A stretch of 64,000 bases of DNA from Candidatus Daviesbacteria bacterium (GCA_016187025.1 JACPKM010000001.1:245688-309687), one strand, 5' to 3'. Positions 17,247-27,209 are shown, counted from the first letter of the stretch. Numbers and translations are program-made. Notes: generated from the letters alone by a model not told the origin.

Positions 17247-17859
17247 CACATCTAGAAAAAAGCTTTCAGAGATAAGGCAGAAATTTGAAGATATTACAAC
17301 TTTTGGTAAGAATACATCTTTTCAGGAGCTGGTAGGCAGTTTGATGACAGTTCCCCTGTTATCAGAACAAAGATTAATAATCTTAGAAAACCCACCTGAA
17401 GATTTTGAGTTTGGAGATATTGGAACCCAAACTTTTTTGGCTATCTGGTTTGACCATGAAGTATCAGAAAAGAAAAAAATTATAATTTGGGCCAAACAAA
17501 ATGCCCATGTTTTTTATTTTCCTCCAGAAAAAGAAATAACAATCTTTCCATTCTTGGACTTACTGGCAAATAAAGACAAGAAAGCTTTTGTACAAATTGA
17601 GAAGTTAAAAGAGAGTAAAGATTTTGATAGTTTCTATTTTTTAACAATGTCTTTTTATCTACTAAGAAATTTAACAACTGATTCTAAAGCCATGCCTGTC
17701 TTTGTAAAACAAAAACTGGAAAAACAACGAAAAAACTTTTCTAAGAAAGAAATTAAAAAAATATACAAACAAATTTTAGAGATAGAATACAAGCTTAAAA
17801 ACGGGTTGATGGAGCAGGACCAAGCAGAATTTTTACTGATTTACTCTTTTGTTAATTAG
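17212..17859 (+). CDS. possible DNA polymerase III delta subunit-like protein (short)
   Basis: Weak resemblance to the HolA N-terminal region (LLLHGSAINTSRKKLSEI...QRLIILENP); assignment tentative. Confidence 0.3.
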   Translation: MKPLLLHGSAINTSRKKLSEIRQKFEDITTFGKNTSFQELVGSLMTVPLLSEQRLIILENPPEDFEFGDIGTQTFLAIWFDHEVSEKKKIIIWAKQNAHVFYFPPEKEITIFPFLDLLANKDKKAFVQIEKLKESKDFDSFYFLTMSFYLLRNLTTDSKAMPVFVKQKLEKQRKNFSKKEIKKIYKQILEIEYKLKNGLMEQDQAEFLLIYSFVN

Positions 17860-18796
17860 AGCTTTTTATTTCATCAATTCTTTTGCTGATCAAGTCCAAA
17901 TCTTTTTGATTCACAACACCATCACTGTTTAAATCAGCCCTTTTATCTTTGGGGCTTTTACCAAAGTTTTTTAATACAATTGCATGGTCTGATGCATTAA
18001 TTTTTCCGTCACTATTTAAATCATAAATTACTTCTTTGCTTGATAAAGATGGACTAGGGGACGGGCTTGACTGCTTGGCAGTTAAATCCAGGTTTTGGCC
18101 GATTTTTATTACTCCTATTGTTTCTCCATCTTGTCTAATTTTAAAAATTGCCGTGCCTTGTGAGTCTGCAGAAATGACAATCAGTTTGGCCAAAGTATCT
18201 TCTTCTAATTTAAAAGCATCTCCTAAATCATCGGTCTTCATGTTACTAATTGGAATGATAAAGTTACCAAAATCTTTAATCAGCGATGATTGGGTGGTTG
18301 CTCCGGCAATAGATAGATACACAATGCCATCTTTAAGTGGTTGATTACCTGATACCACAGATCCGATGATAGGTTTAAAACCATTGTTGTCAAGTTTAGG
18401 TGGCGCAGTTTTAAACGTTAAAATCTCACTTGCTTGTCTACCAGCGACAATTTTAAATTTATATTCACTCTGAGGGCTCAAATCCTTTAGGGTGACATAG
18501 TGAATTTGGCGGGGTTGCGGGGTATTAGTGTCTCTATCATCCAAAGCAGTCTTTTCATTCGGAGAGGATAAACCAAAAGTAACAAATCCGGATGTAATTA
18601 CAACTGTTTTCCAGGAAATAATAACGGAATTATCTTCAATGTTTGAGAAAGTAATGTTTTGCGGTGCAGTATCTGGACCAGCAAAACTTGTTATTGTTTG
18701 TTGATTTAAAACCAAAAATACTCCAGCAGAAGTCCCTAAAATTATAATGGCAAGTCCTAGTAAGGTTGGTATTCTAAACTTAGTAAAAAAACTCAT
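17852..18796 (-). CDS. secreted fibronectin-type-III plus dockerin-like (double EF-hand Ca-binding) repeat protein
   Basis: Signal anchor, FN3-like segment (PQNITFSNIEDNSVIISWKT...YKFKIVAG), SPSPSPS linker, two DxNxDGxxNxxD repeats (DLNSDGKINASD, DLNSDGVVNQKD). Confidence 0.55.
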   Translation of the reverse strand: MSFFTKFRIPTLLGLAIIILGTSAGVFLVLNQQTITSFAGPDTAPQNITFSNIEDNSVIISWKTVVITSGFVTFGLSSPNEKTALDDRDTNTPQPRQIHYVTLKDLSPQSEYKFKIVAGRQASEILTFKTAPPKLDNNGFKPIIGSVVSGNQPLKDGIVYLSIAGATTQSSLIKDFGNFIIPISNMKTDDLGDAFKLEEDTLAKLIVISADSQGTAIFKIRQDGETIGVIKIGQNLDLTAKQSSPSPSPSLSSKEVIYDLNSDGKINASDHAIVLKNFGKSPKDKRADLNSDGVVNQKDLDLISKRIDEIKSSN

Positions 18797-18799
18797 ACA

Positions 18800-18973
18800 T
18801 TAGTTACCTTCTAGCCCGCTCAAGTCAAAGTTAGGATTTATAGGCTCGATTATTTCTTTTGTTTTGGCAGGAATCTCAACTTGACTTCTGGCATGCAAGA
18901 CATCAAAGAGAACCCATGAGCAAATTGTAACAAATGTGGCAATAGCAATGATCAAAATATCTTTTCTTGTCAT
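18800..18973 (-). CDS. 57-aa small single-TM protein, translationally coupled between pilO and the FN3/dockerin gene (below ORF-track size cutoff)
   Basis: ATG overlaps the pilO stop (ATGA); its stop lies 3 nt before the next ATG; MTRKDILIIAIATFVTICSWVLFDVLHARSQVEIPAKTKEIIEPINPNFDLSGLEGN. Confidence 0.35.
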   Translation of the reverse strand: MTRKDILIIAIATFVTICSWVLFDVLHARSQVEIPAKTKEIIEPINPNFDLSGLEGN

Positions 18974-19578
18974 CTTAGATAATATGCCTTTCCGGTAATC
19001 GACATTAAAAGGTTGGAAGATTCCTCAGATCCCTTATTGATAATTAAATCGTCAATAGATATAAGCCTAGGGCTTTTTTGAATTTCTGCAAGAATTTTTA
19101 ATAAAGGCTCATAAGGTCCTTCGATATTCACTGTAAACGAAACCTCACTTAGTGTGTTATCAAACTTAGTTGAGGTTGTATGGGGTATGGTTAAGGGTTG
19201 TATTTGAATTGCCGAAATTGTGGCATCATATGTTTTTGAGGATAGCTCAAAAGTTTGTATTAGAGTGGTGTAAGTAATATTACCGGGAATTGCAGATTGA
19301 ATTTTAGTTTTAAGCTGAGTGTTGAGATTATCATAATTTTGTTTACCTAGTGATAAATTTTCAGCTTTTTGGGTAACTTGTTTTAGGATTTCTCTGGAAT
19401 CTTCCAGTTTTATTTGCAAAGTTAATATTGTTTCTATAGTTGGTTTGATGGCAAATAATAAAAAGATACTCATTGCAGCAAATGTAATTACAGTTGTTCC
19501 ATAAGTTCTAATGACCGGAATTTTTGTAACCGGTTTTATATATGTAAAATACCGGGAATTTTTATTTGGTGAGGTCAT
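18970..19578 (-). CDS. pilO: PilO-like type IV pilus/competence assembly protein
   Basis: Short cytoplasmic N-terminus, one TM, coiled-coil, C-terminal ferredoxin-like region; 4-nt overlap with the upstream PilN-like gene. Confidence 0.45.
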   Translation of the reverse strand: MTSPNKNSRYFTYIKPVTKIPVIRTYGTTVITFAAMSIFLLFAIKPTIETILTLQIKLEDSREILKQVTQKAENLSLGKQNYDNLNTQLKTKIQSAIPGNITYTTLIQTFELSSKTYDATISAIQIQPLTIPHTTSTKFDNTLSEVSFTVNIEGPYEPLLKILAEIQKSPRLISIDDLIINKGSEESSNLLMSITGKAYYLR

Positions 19579-20162
19579 AGTTTCTTTCCTCCATCCTTTC
19601 CTGCATTGCTTGTTGCTGTAACATTGAAGGAGATTGCTCCTTCATCCAGCCCAACTCCTGATAAAATTACATCTTTAAAATTTTCATCTTTTTTGAAAGC
19701 ATTAATCATGCTATTTAAATCAAGGTTGTTTCTAGCACGGCCTTTTAATTTAATAGTTATCTTGCCAACATCTTTTGTTATTGTAATGTTTGATATTTTA
19801 ATATCATTGGGAATTTTATCAGAAATCTCTTTTAATAGGTTAATATAATCGGCACTATTTTGACTGTTTACTTTGATAGTGGATAACTTAAGCTGCGTTT
19901 GGCGAATCAGTAGCTCATATGGCTTTAGGCTTTCGATGTAGGGAATCTGGTTTTCAATAGCTTCTTTAGTGGAGGCCAAGTCTGCGTCCAGTTTAAACCT
20001 AGACAAAAAAACAGTTAAAACCAGTAGCTCTACAAAAACTAAAATATATCTTCCTGTGGAAAGTAGCCATTTAGTAAAGGTAATCCAAATCTTTTCTGGA
20101 TTACTCTGTGGGTGAAGTAAGTCAAGCTTTAGCTTGAAAGGTTCATTTCTCTTGTGGGACAT
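19575..20162 (-). CDS. pilN: PilN-like fimbrial assembly protein
   Basis: Cytoplasmic N-terminal peptide, single TM (YILVFVELLVLTVFL), periplasmic domain of PilN length. Confidence 0.45.
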   Translation of the reverse strand: MSHKRNEPFKLKLDLLHPQSNPEKIWITFTKWLLSTGRYILVFVELLVLTVFLSRFKLDADLASTKEAIENQIPYIESLKPYELLIRQTQLKLSTIKVNSQNSADYINLLKEISDKIPNDIKISNITITKDVGKITIKLKGRARNNLDLNSMINAFKKDENFKDVILSGVGLDEGAISFNVTATSNAGKDGGKKL

Positions 20163-20213
20163 AGGATTATTTTAGCAGGGAATGACAAAAGAAATAAGGG
20201 TAAAAACTTATGA

Positions 20214-20450
20214 TTAACTAGCAGCTAGTTTAGCTAGCCTGCTTTTAATTCTATCTGATTTGTTAGGGTGGATTAATTTTACTTTTGCAGCTTTGTCCAA
20301 AGCCGAAAAGGCAAGCTTTAAACTCTGGGGAGTTTTCTTATCTCTTGCATCTTTTACCAGCCTCTTGACGGTTGTTTCCCTTTTGTAATTTCTGATCGTG
20401 CGTATTTTGTCCTGACGCATCTTTTTAATTGCACTTTTAATGATAGGCAT
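20214..20450 (-). CDS. rpsT: 30S ribosomal protein S20 (start at MPIIKSAIKK)
   Basis: IKSAIKKMRQDKIRTIRN...LDKAAKVKLIHPNKSDRIKSRLAKL matches S20 consensus. Confidence 0.75.
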   Translation of the reverse strand: MPIIKSAIKKMRQDKIRTIRNYKRETTVKRLVKDARDKKTPQSLKLAFSALDKAAKVKLIHPNKSDRIKSRLAKLAAS

Positions 20451-20511
20451 AGATGCAAATATAACATGTAGCCTGGTTTTGTTCAAGCTGCAATGCTAAA
20501 ATGACACGTAC

Positions 20512-22152
20512 ATGGTTAAAAATCTTTTTTCTCTTCTGTATTCAAGGCAGACTTCAATTTTATCCGGCGCCTTCATCATGATGGCTACCATGATTTTAGC
20601 AAAGGTATTAGGTCTTGTAAGAGACAGGTTACTAGCGCACACATTCCCACCGGATAGGATCGATATTTTCTGGGCAGCATTTCGTATCCCTGATTTTATA
20701 TTTCAAGTGGTTATTCTGGGAGCTTTATCGGTTGCCTTTATCCCTGTTTTTACTGAACACTTGGAAAACAAGAGTAAAGAAGAAGCCTTTGAATTATCAA
20801 GAGCCTTATTAAATGTTTTTTCATCGGCATTTATTGTTGTAACCTTAGTGATGTTTATTTTTACACAACCAATAATTACCTCTGTTGTTGCTCCCGGATT
20901 TACTGCTGCCAAGCAAGCCCAAGTTGTGGATTTAACCAGAATAATCCTTTTCGGACAGGTGATCTTGGTGTTCGGAGCTTTTTTTATTGGTATTTCACAC
21001 TCTTTCCAAAGGTTTATTGTCCCTTCCTTGGCTCCGGTGCTTTACAACTTAGGGATTATTTTAGGAATTTTTATTTTTGGTAAAGAATTCGGAATACGGG
21101 GGGCAGCATATGGTGTTGTGATCGGTGCACTTTTACATGTTTTAGTGCAGCTTCCTCTTGTTTGGTCCTTAGGCTTTAGATTCAGATTTCCTCCCAGATT
21201 CATACACTCCGGAGTAAAGGAAATTGTGAAGCTGATGAGTATGAGAACTTTTGGACTGGCCGCAGAACAGATAAATGAAACAGTGGGAGCAAGTCTGGCA
21301 TCCTGGGTATCAGGGGGAATAACATATCTAACCTATGCCCAGCATTTGCAAGTTGTGCCGATAGGTCTTTTTGGCGCAACTTTAGCACAGGCTGCCCTTC
21401 CTGTGTTGTCTTCAGAAAAAGCCCGGGGCAGGATAGAAGAGTTTAAAATCACGCTTTTGACAACACTTCACCAGATACTATTTTTGGCGCTTCCTGCAAC
21501 CGCCATTTTAATCGTTATCAGGATACCGGTTGTAAGACTTATTTTTGGTGCCTCGCAGTTTGACTGGGAAGCAACGGTTTTAACAGGCGCAACACTTGCT
21601 TTTCTTTCCATAGGTCTTAGTGCCCAGGCCATATCACTGCTTTTAGTAAGAGGCTTTTATGCGCTGAAAGATACAAAAACCCCTGTTTTTGTATCTTTGT
21701 TTGTAGTGGCTTTAAATATTATTTTGAGCATCTATTTTATTACTTTCCTAAAGCTTGGTGTCTGGAGTATTGGTCTTGCAAACTCCATTTCAGCAATCGT
21801 ATCAGGGGTTTTACTTTTTTGGACTTTACATATAAAGGTAGGTAAATTTGACTTAAAACAAGTACTTTTCCCCTTTTTAAAAATGCTGATGGCTGCAATA
21901 ATTATGGGTGTAGCGATCTATGTTCCAATTAAGCTTTTGGATCAGGTGATTTTTGACACGACCAAAACTATTAATTTATTGGTTTTAACAGGCATCTCTT
22001 CAATGTTTGCTCTCTCGGTTTATGTCGTACTGGTGGGGTTTTTAAAGGTTAGAGAGCTAAAAACCTATGCAGATTTAATCCGGAGAGTAACCAAGTTTCA
22101 GAATAAACTTAAATCGGAAGAGATCATTCCTCCTGAAACTGGTACAGTTTAG
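20512..22152 (+). CDS. murJ: lipid II flippase MurJ
   Basis: Multi-TM protein with MurJ N-terminal signature LGLVRDRLLAHTFPPDRIDIFWAAFRIPDFIFQVVILGALSVAFIPVF. Confidence 0.8.
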   Translation: MVKNLFSLLYSRQTSILSGAFIMMATMILAKVLGLVRDRLLAHTFPPDRIDIFWAAFRIPDFIFQVVILGALSVAFIPVFTEHLENKSKEEAFELSRALLNVFSSAFIVVTLVMFIFTQPIITSVVAPGFTAAKQAQVVDLTRIILFGQVILVFGAFFIGISHSFQRFIVPSLAPVLYNLGIILGIFIFGKEFGIRGAAYGVVIGALLHVLVQLPLVWSLGFRFRFPPRFIHSGVKEIVKLMSMRTFGLAAEQINETVGASLASWVSGGITYLTYAQHLQVVPIGLFGATLAQAALPVLSSEKARGRIEEFKITLLTTLHQILFLALPATAILIVIRIPVVRLIFGASQFDWEATVLTGATLAFLSIGLSAQAISLLLVRGFYALKDTKTPVFVSLFVVALNIILSIYFITFLKLGVWSIGLANSISAIVSGVLLFWTLHIKVGKFDLKQVLFPFLKMLMAAIIMGVAIYVPIKLLDQVIFDTTKTINLLVLTGISSMFALSVYVVLVGFLKVRELKTYADLIRRVTKFQNKLKSEEIIPPETGTV

Positions 22153-22161
22153 AGATATAAT

Positions 22162-23961
22162 TTGAGCATAGCGAAAATTTCAAGCTATGCTTATAATTGC
22201 TGGATGAATATTCGGAACTTTTCAATTATCGCGCACGTTGATCACGGCAAGTCTACTTTGGCAGATAGGTTGCTTGAGGTAACAGGGACGGTGACCGGAG
22301 ATAAGATGAAGCCACAGCTTTTAGATTCTTTGGCTTTGGAGCGTGAACGTGGCATTACTATTAAGCTTGCCCCTGTGCGATTATCCTACACTTTGAACTC
22401 TGAACTTTTCACTTTGAACTTAATTGATACTCCCGGCCATGTAGATTTTTCTTATGAAGTATCACGCGCTTTGGCGGCAGTTGAAGGAGCAATACTAATG
22501 GTTGATGCGACCAAAGGGGTTCAAGCCCAAACTTTGGCTCATGGCTTGGCAGCTTTAGAGCAAAATCTTACTTTAATCCCGGTTATAAACAAAGTTGATC
22601 TACCTAATGCAGACATAGAAAAAGTTAAAAAAGAGTTAGTTGAAACATTCGGTTTCCTAGAAAACGAGATTATTTTAGCGTCCGGAAAAACCGGTGAAGG
22701 AGTGGAAGGTTTATTAAAAGCAATTATCGAGAGAATCCCTCCTCCGCTACAACCTACTACCTACAGCCTACGCGCTCTCATCTTTGACTCTTTCTTTGAT
22801 GCATATAAAGGAGTAATAGCACAAATTAGAGTAATAGAAGGTGAGGTTCCTCAGAATCAAACTCAAATTCACTTTCTTGGTGCAAAGTCTAGTGGACAAG
22901 TGTTGGAAAAGGGTTATTTTGCTCCTGCTTTAGCACAAACTGAAAAGTTGGTTGCAGGGGAAATTGGATATATTGCAACGGGTGTAAAGATTCCTGATTT
23001 AGTAAGGGTTGGAGATACTATTTCCACAGACCCTCATGCCCAAGCACTTCCAGGCTACAAACAGGTTAAGCCCATGGTGTTTGTTGGGCTTTATCCAATT
23101 GATCAGGATGAATATCACGACATTAAAGAAGCTTTAGAGCGTTTCCGCCTAAGTGACCCAGCTTTTATCTACGAAGTGGAAAACTCAAAGGCTTTAGGGG
23201 CAGGTTTCAGATGTGGATTTTTAGGCTTACTCCATGCTGAGGTTGTACAAGAAAGACTGTCCGGAGAATTTAATGCGGATTTAATAGCAACTGCACCATC
23301 GGTTGAGTATTTAGTTGATAACCAGCTAATCCATAATCCAGCAGATTTAGATCCTTCACGCTTGCAGGAGATTAAAGAACCTTGGGTTAAATTACAAATT
23401 TTTGTACCCCAAACTTTTATTGGATCAGTCATGGAGCTTGTTCAAGACCGCAGGGGAAAATTTATTAATATGGTGCATTTTGGAGCGCAAGTAGAACTTT
23501 CTTATGAAATGCCTTTGTCTGAAATGATCACTGATTTTTATGATAGGTTAAAATCAGTTTCTTCTGGGTTTGCCTCACTGGATTGGTCATTTTTAGAGTT
23601 TAGGATAGTGGATGCAGTAAGAGTAGACTTTCTAGTTGGTGGAGAAAAAGTGGATGCTCTATCAATAATTATTTTTAGATCAAAAGCGGAATTTGTTGCA
23701 AGAAAACTGGTAGAAAGATTAAAAGAAGTCTTACCCCGGCAAAATTTTGCTATTGCCATACAGGCCACAATTGGAGGCACGATTATTGCTAGAGAGACTA
23801 TATCGCCGTTTAGAAAAGATGTAACGGCAAAACTATATGGAGGTGATAGGACCAGAAAAGATAAGCTTTTGGAAAAACAGAAGAAAGGGAAAAAGAGGAT
23901 GAAGATGGTAGGAAGTGTTGAGATTCCCCAGGAAGCTTTCTTAAGTATACTAAAATCTTAG
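22162..23961 (+). CDS. lepA: elongation factor 4 (LepA)
   Basis: GTPase G1 [28 protein letters not shown]; LepA-specific C-terminal domain. Confidence 0.9.
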   Translation: MSIAKISSYAYNCWMNIRNFSIIAHVDHGKSTLADRLLEVTGTVTGDKMKPQLLDSLALERERGITIKLAPVRLSYTLNSELFTLNLIDTPGHVDFSYEVSRALAAVEGAILMVDATKGVQAQTLAHGLAALEQNLTLIPVINKVDLPNADIEKVKKELVETFGFLENEIILASGKTGEGVEGLLKAIIERIPPPLQPTTYSLRALIFDSFFDAYKGVIAQIRVIEGEVPQNQTQIHFLGAKSSGQVLEKGYFAPALAQTEKLVAGEIGYIATGVKIPDLVRVGDTISTDPHAQALPGYKQVKPMVFVGLYPIDQDEYHDIKEALERFRLSDPAFIYEVENSKALGAGFRCGFLGLLHAEVVQERLSGEFNADLIATAPSVEYLVDNQLIHNPADLDPSRLQEIKEPWVKLQIFVPQTFIGSVMELVQDRRGKFINMVHFGAQVELSYEMPLSEMITDFYDRLKSVSSGFASLDWSFLEFRIVDAVRVDFLVGGEKVDALSIIIFRSKAEFVARKLVERLKEVLPRQNFAIAIQATIGGTIIARETISPFRKDVTAKLYGGDRTRKDKLLEKQKKGKKRMKMVGSVEIPQEAFLSILKS

Positions 23962-23967
23962 AGGGTT

Positions 23968-24117
23968 ATGAATATTTATCACTATACACATTTAGATAAT
24001 TGGTCTGGTCTAAAAATAGAAAAACAGGAGTTTATCTTTTTTATGATAGAGCCAAGTTTGAAAAAGTTTAGACTATACCAAAATTACGCAATTGCGAAAA
24101 AATGGTACAAACTATGA
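23968..24117 (+). CDS. possible 49-aa small ORF (speculative)
   Basis: ATG 3 nt after a GAGGG Shine-Dalgarno-like sequence, directly downstream of lepA; no family recognised. Confidence 0.15.
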   Translation: MNIYHYTHLDNWSGLKIEKQEFIFFMIEPSLKKFRLYQNYAIAKKWYKL

Positions 24118-24147
24118 TAACAATAGTTGTAAGATAATATTTACAAT

Positions 24148-25125
24148 ATGAAAGTTATTAAGCCAAAAAAGCTAAATAAAGGAGATACCATTGGCATTGT
24201 TGCATCTTCTTTACCAGTTCTCCCTGTTTTCAAAAAAAATTACGAGCAAGGTAAAAAAGTAATTAAAGATTTAGGATTTAAAATTAAAGAAGGGGAAACA
24301 ATCGGTAAGCAAAGATGGTGGATGGCAGGGACTCCAAAAGAAGTAGCAGAGGATATTAATAATATGTTTGCTGATAAAGGCGTTAAAGCCATTATGGCCC
24401 AAACTGGTGGTTATTCTGCTATTTCTGTCTTGGAGCATCTAGACTATGAACTTATAACTCAAAACATAAAACCTTTTGTTGGTATGTCTGATATGACCGC
24501 ATACCATTTAGCAATTTTTGCTAAAACTGGAATGGTGGGTTTTCATATGGATGATGTAACCTTTGGTCTTGGTATGAATGCATCATCTGGTAAAGATAAA
24601 AAACTTTTAGAATTTGATGAAGAGATGTTTATAAAGTTTTTAACCAGAACAGATCCACCCGGAATTATTAAACCCTTAACAGAATGGGAGGAATGGAAAA
24701 AAGGAAAAGCTAAAGGTCATTTAATTGGAGGAATATTGCAACTTCTCACAAGACACATAGGTACACCATATTTTCCGAAATTGGAGGAATTTGATGGAGC
24801 TATTCTATTTTGGGAGGAAGTGGGTAAAGAAAGATATGAAATTGCCAGATGTCTTTATCAGCTTAAATATGCTGGTATATTAGATAGAATTTCTGGGATG
24901 TTAATAGGTAAAATAAAATATGTAAAACCGATTAGAGATCAGGAGGTGAGGGAGCCTGAAGTTAAAGATTTAGTTTTGGAAATACTAAAAGATTACAAAT
25001 TTCCTATAATGCAAAATTTGGACTTTGGTCATTTTACTGTCAATATCCCTATGCCAATTGGAACCAAAGTGGAATTTGATACAAAAAATCTGTTGCTTAA
25101 TTTTTTGGAGTCTCCGGTTTCTTAA
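24148..25125 (+). CDS. ldcA: LD-carboxypeptidase (S66 family, LdcA-like)
   Basis: N-terminal GDTIGIVASS, nucleophile segment GMSDMTAYH, C-terminal DFGH motif. Confidence 0.7.
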   Translation: MKVIKPKKLNKGDTIGIVASSLPVLPVFKKNYEQGKKVIKDLGFKIKEGETIGKQRWWMAGTPKEVAEDINNMFADKGVKAIMAQTGGYSAISVLEHLDYELITQNIKPFVGMSDMTAYHLAIFAKTGMVGFHMDDVTFGLGMNASSGKDKKLLEFDEEMFIKFLTRTDPPGIIKPLTEWEEWKKGKAKGHLIGGILQLLTRHIGTPYFPKLEEFDGAILFWEEVGKERYEIARCLYQLKYAGILDRISGMLIGKIKYVKPIRDQEVREPEVKDLVLEILKDYKFPIMQNLDFGHFTVNIPMPIGTKVEFDTKNLLLNFLESPVS

Positions 25126-25847
25126 TAGTTCATACGATTTACTCTACAATTAGGACATCTTAAGGTGTCTGATTGAAAAAGCCGCATAATCTTATCTGAG
25201 GATTTAAAGCTAACTTCAGTGTTGTTTTCTAAAGTGTAGATATCAGGATTGTTATCAAAGCTTAAGGTGGCAGGTCCTCTTAATAGCTTAATTTTTACTA
25301 AATCTTTCTGCTTAAAAAGAATTGGTTTTAGTTTTTCAGTGGTGTTATTAAGAGCAACTCCGTAAAAACCATTTGAAAAAGTTTGGTGAGTAATACTTTT
25401 ATAATAGCCGCTTGCTCCAAACTCAGTTGCAACCACAGCACCATCTCCAATAATTAGTTTATCTGTAACTTGTTCTCCATTTTTTGATATTAGGAATCTA
25501 ATTGCATGAATAGGTAGTTGGTTTCTAATGACAAAATCATTTACAGCAGTTAGTGTTGTCTGTTCAAAGCTTGCCTCTAGCTTTGCAAATTCTGTTAATT
25601 TTAAATGTCCATCTTTTAATTTTCTAAATAGTTCTACGTCTTTGTGAGGGGTGCATTTGACACAAATTGAATTATCCCTGATTGCAAGCTTGGGAATTTG
25701 GGGGTACCTGCTTTCAGCAGATAAAAGAGTGCCATCGCCACCATATGTAATTATGACTTCTGGATTACTATCAGTTAGGTTAAAACCTAAAGGTTCCAAA
25801 AGGGGAGTTAACTCATCAGATCTTTTGCCAAAAAGAGAAGCCTTCAT
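25122..25847 (-). CDS. nadK: NAD kinase
   Basis: GGDGTLL motif and DGAVVATEFGASGYYKS (DGxxxxTPTGSTAY-like) segment. Confidence 0.6.
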   Translation of the reverse strand: MKASLFGKRSDELTPLLEPLGFNLTDSNPEVIITYGGDGTLLSAESRYPQIPKLAIRDNSICVKCTPHKDVELFRKLKDGHLKLTEFAKLEASFEQTTLTAVNDFVIRNQLPIHAIRFLISKNGEQVTDKLIIGDGAVVATEFGASGYYKSITHQTFSNGFYGVALNNTTEKLKPILFKQKDLVKIKLLRGPATLSFDNNPDIYTLENNTEVSFKSSDKIMRLFQSDTLRCPNCRVNRMNY

Positions 25848-25900
25848 CTGCTAAATTATACTCTGAAATTACTTATTATTGCTAGGATCTTGACAGATTA

Positions 25901-25927
25901 TTAGCAGTCATGGTATCTTAGTGCTAA
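25901..25927 (+). promoter_or_regulatory. CIRCE-like HrcA operator (TTAGCAGTC-N9-TAGTGCTAA) overlapping a TTGACA -35 box at 25890-25895
   Basis: One mismatch per half-site relative to TTAGCACTC-N9-GAGTGCTAA; 10 nt upstream of hrcA. Confidence 0.6.
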
Positions 25928-25937
25928 GACTAATCTT

Positions 25938-26669
25938 ATGTCAAATCTATCTGATAGACAGAAGGCTCTGCTTAAAGCGATTATAGAAGAGTATATTAAT
26001 TCAGCCGAACCAGTCGGATCTGAGGTTATCGAAAGAAAACATAACCTTGGTGTTTCCCCCGCCACTATCCGCATTGAAATGGGAAAACTTACCGAAGCAG
26101 GATTTTTGCGCCAGCCTCATACTTCAGCCGGACGAATCCCAACCTCAGTTGGTTTAAGACTTTATGTGCAAGAGTTGATGAAAGAAAAGCAGGTGCCAGT
26201 TACAGCTGAGGTTTCTATAAAAGAGAGCCTTTGGCAGCAAAGATTGCAAAGAGAAAGAGTGCTAAAAGAAGCAGTAAAGGCCTTGGCGCAAAAATGTAGT
26301 ATGTTGGGAATGGCTGTTACTGATGATGGAGAGACTTATTATGCTGGAGCAGCAAATATTTTGGATTGGCCGGAGTTTTATGACATTGATGTGGCAAGAT
26401 TTGTGTTATCGCTTTTTGATGAGGATCCTAGACTCCAGGAAATTATAGGTAAGGCTCAAGGATCAGATCCAATACATATTCTGTTTGGAGAGGAATTAGG
26501 TTTTGAGTACTTGAGGTCAACTGGCTTTGTGTTTACCAGATTTGAGCTGGGGCCAAAAATTGGAGTGCTGGGAATAGTTGGACCAGCCAGGATGAACTTC
26601 GCCTTGGTTTTACCTTATGTTAAGTATGTGAGGGATTTGGTTTATGAGGCAGGCACTCATTGGGTATGA
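25938..26669 (+). CDS. hrcA: heat-inducible transcription repressor HrcA (short form)
   Basis: N-terminal winged-helix LSDRQKALLKAIIEEYINSAEPVGSEVI; first gene of the grpE-dnaK-dnaJ operon. Confidence 0.75.
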   Translation: MSNLSDRQKALLKAIIEEYINSAEPVGSEVIERKHNLGVSPATIRIEMGKLTEAGFLRQPHTSAGRIPTSVGLRLYVQELMKEKQVPVTAEVSIKESLWQQRLQRERVLKEAVKALAQKCSMLGMAVTDDGETYYAGAANILDWPEFYDIDVARFVLSLFDEDPRLQEIIGKAQGSDPIHILFGEELGFEYLRSTGFVFTRFELGPKIGVLGIVGPARMNFALVLPYVKYVRDLVYEAGTHWV

Positions 26670-27208
26670 AAAATATGATAAAAAAACAAGATAAGCAAAC
26701 TCAAGATAAAATAACACAACTTGAACAAAGGGTTGTTGATTTAGAAAATCAGCTTAAACGGGCAGTGGCTGATTATAGGAATTTGGAATCACGGATCAGC
26801 CAGGGAAGGTCGGAACTCACTTCTTTTGTGGGGGCAGAGTTAATAAGAAAGCTTTTACCGGTTTTGGATCATTTGGAAACAGCTTTAGGCGGATTATCTG
26901 AAGAAGAGAAACAGTCTGGTTGGGCAAAAGGGGTGGGGCTGGCGGTTAAAGAGTTTAAAAATGTTTTACAATCTGAAGGATTGGATGAAATTGCAGCAGA
27001 TGGGCAATTTGATCCAAGTTTGCATGAGGCAGTTGACATAAGGGAGGGTGATAATAATAAAATATTAGAAGTAGTAAGAAAAGGGTATAGGCTAAATGGT
27101 AAGGTGATAAGACCAGCGCAGGTGATCGTGGGACGAAAGTCGAACGGTCATCCTGAGCAAGCGGAGCGAGTCGAAGGATCTATAAATGAACTAAAGGAGG
27201 ACAAATAA
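26660..27208 (+). CDS. grpE: nucleotide exchange factor GrpE
   Basis: Coiled-coil followed by [12 protein letters not shown] and the C-terminal beta domain. Confidence 0.85.
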   Translation: MGMKNMIKKQDKQTQDKITQLEQRVVDLENQLKRAVADYRNLESRISQGRSELTSFVGAELIRKLLPVLDHLETALGGLSEEEKQSGWAKGVGLAVKEFKNVLQSEGLDEIAADGQFDPSLHEAVDIREGDNNKILEVVRKGYRLNGKVIRPAQVIVGRKSNGHPEQAERVEGSINELKEDK

Positions 27209-27209
27209 T

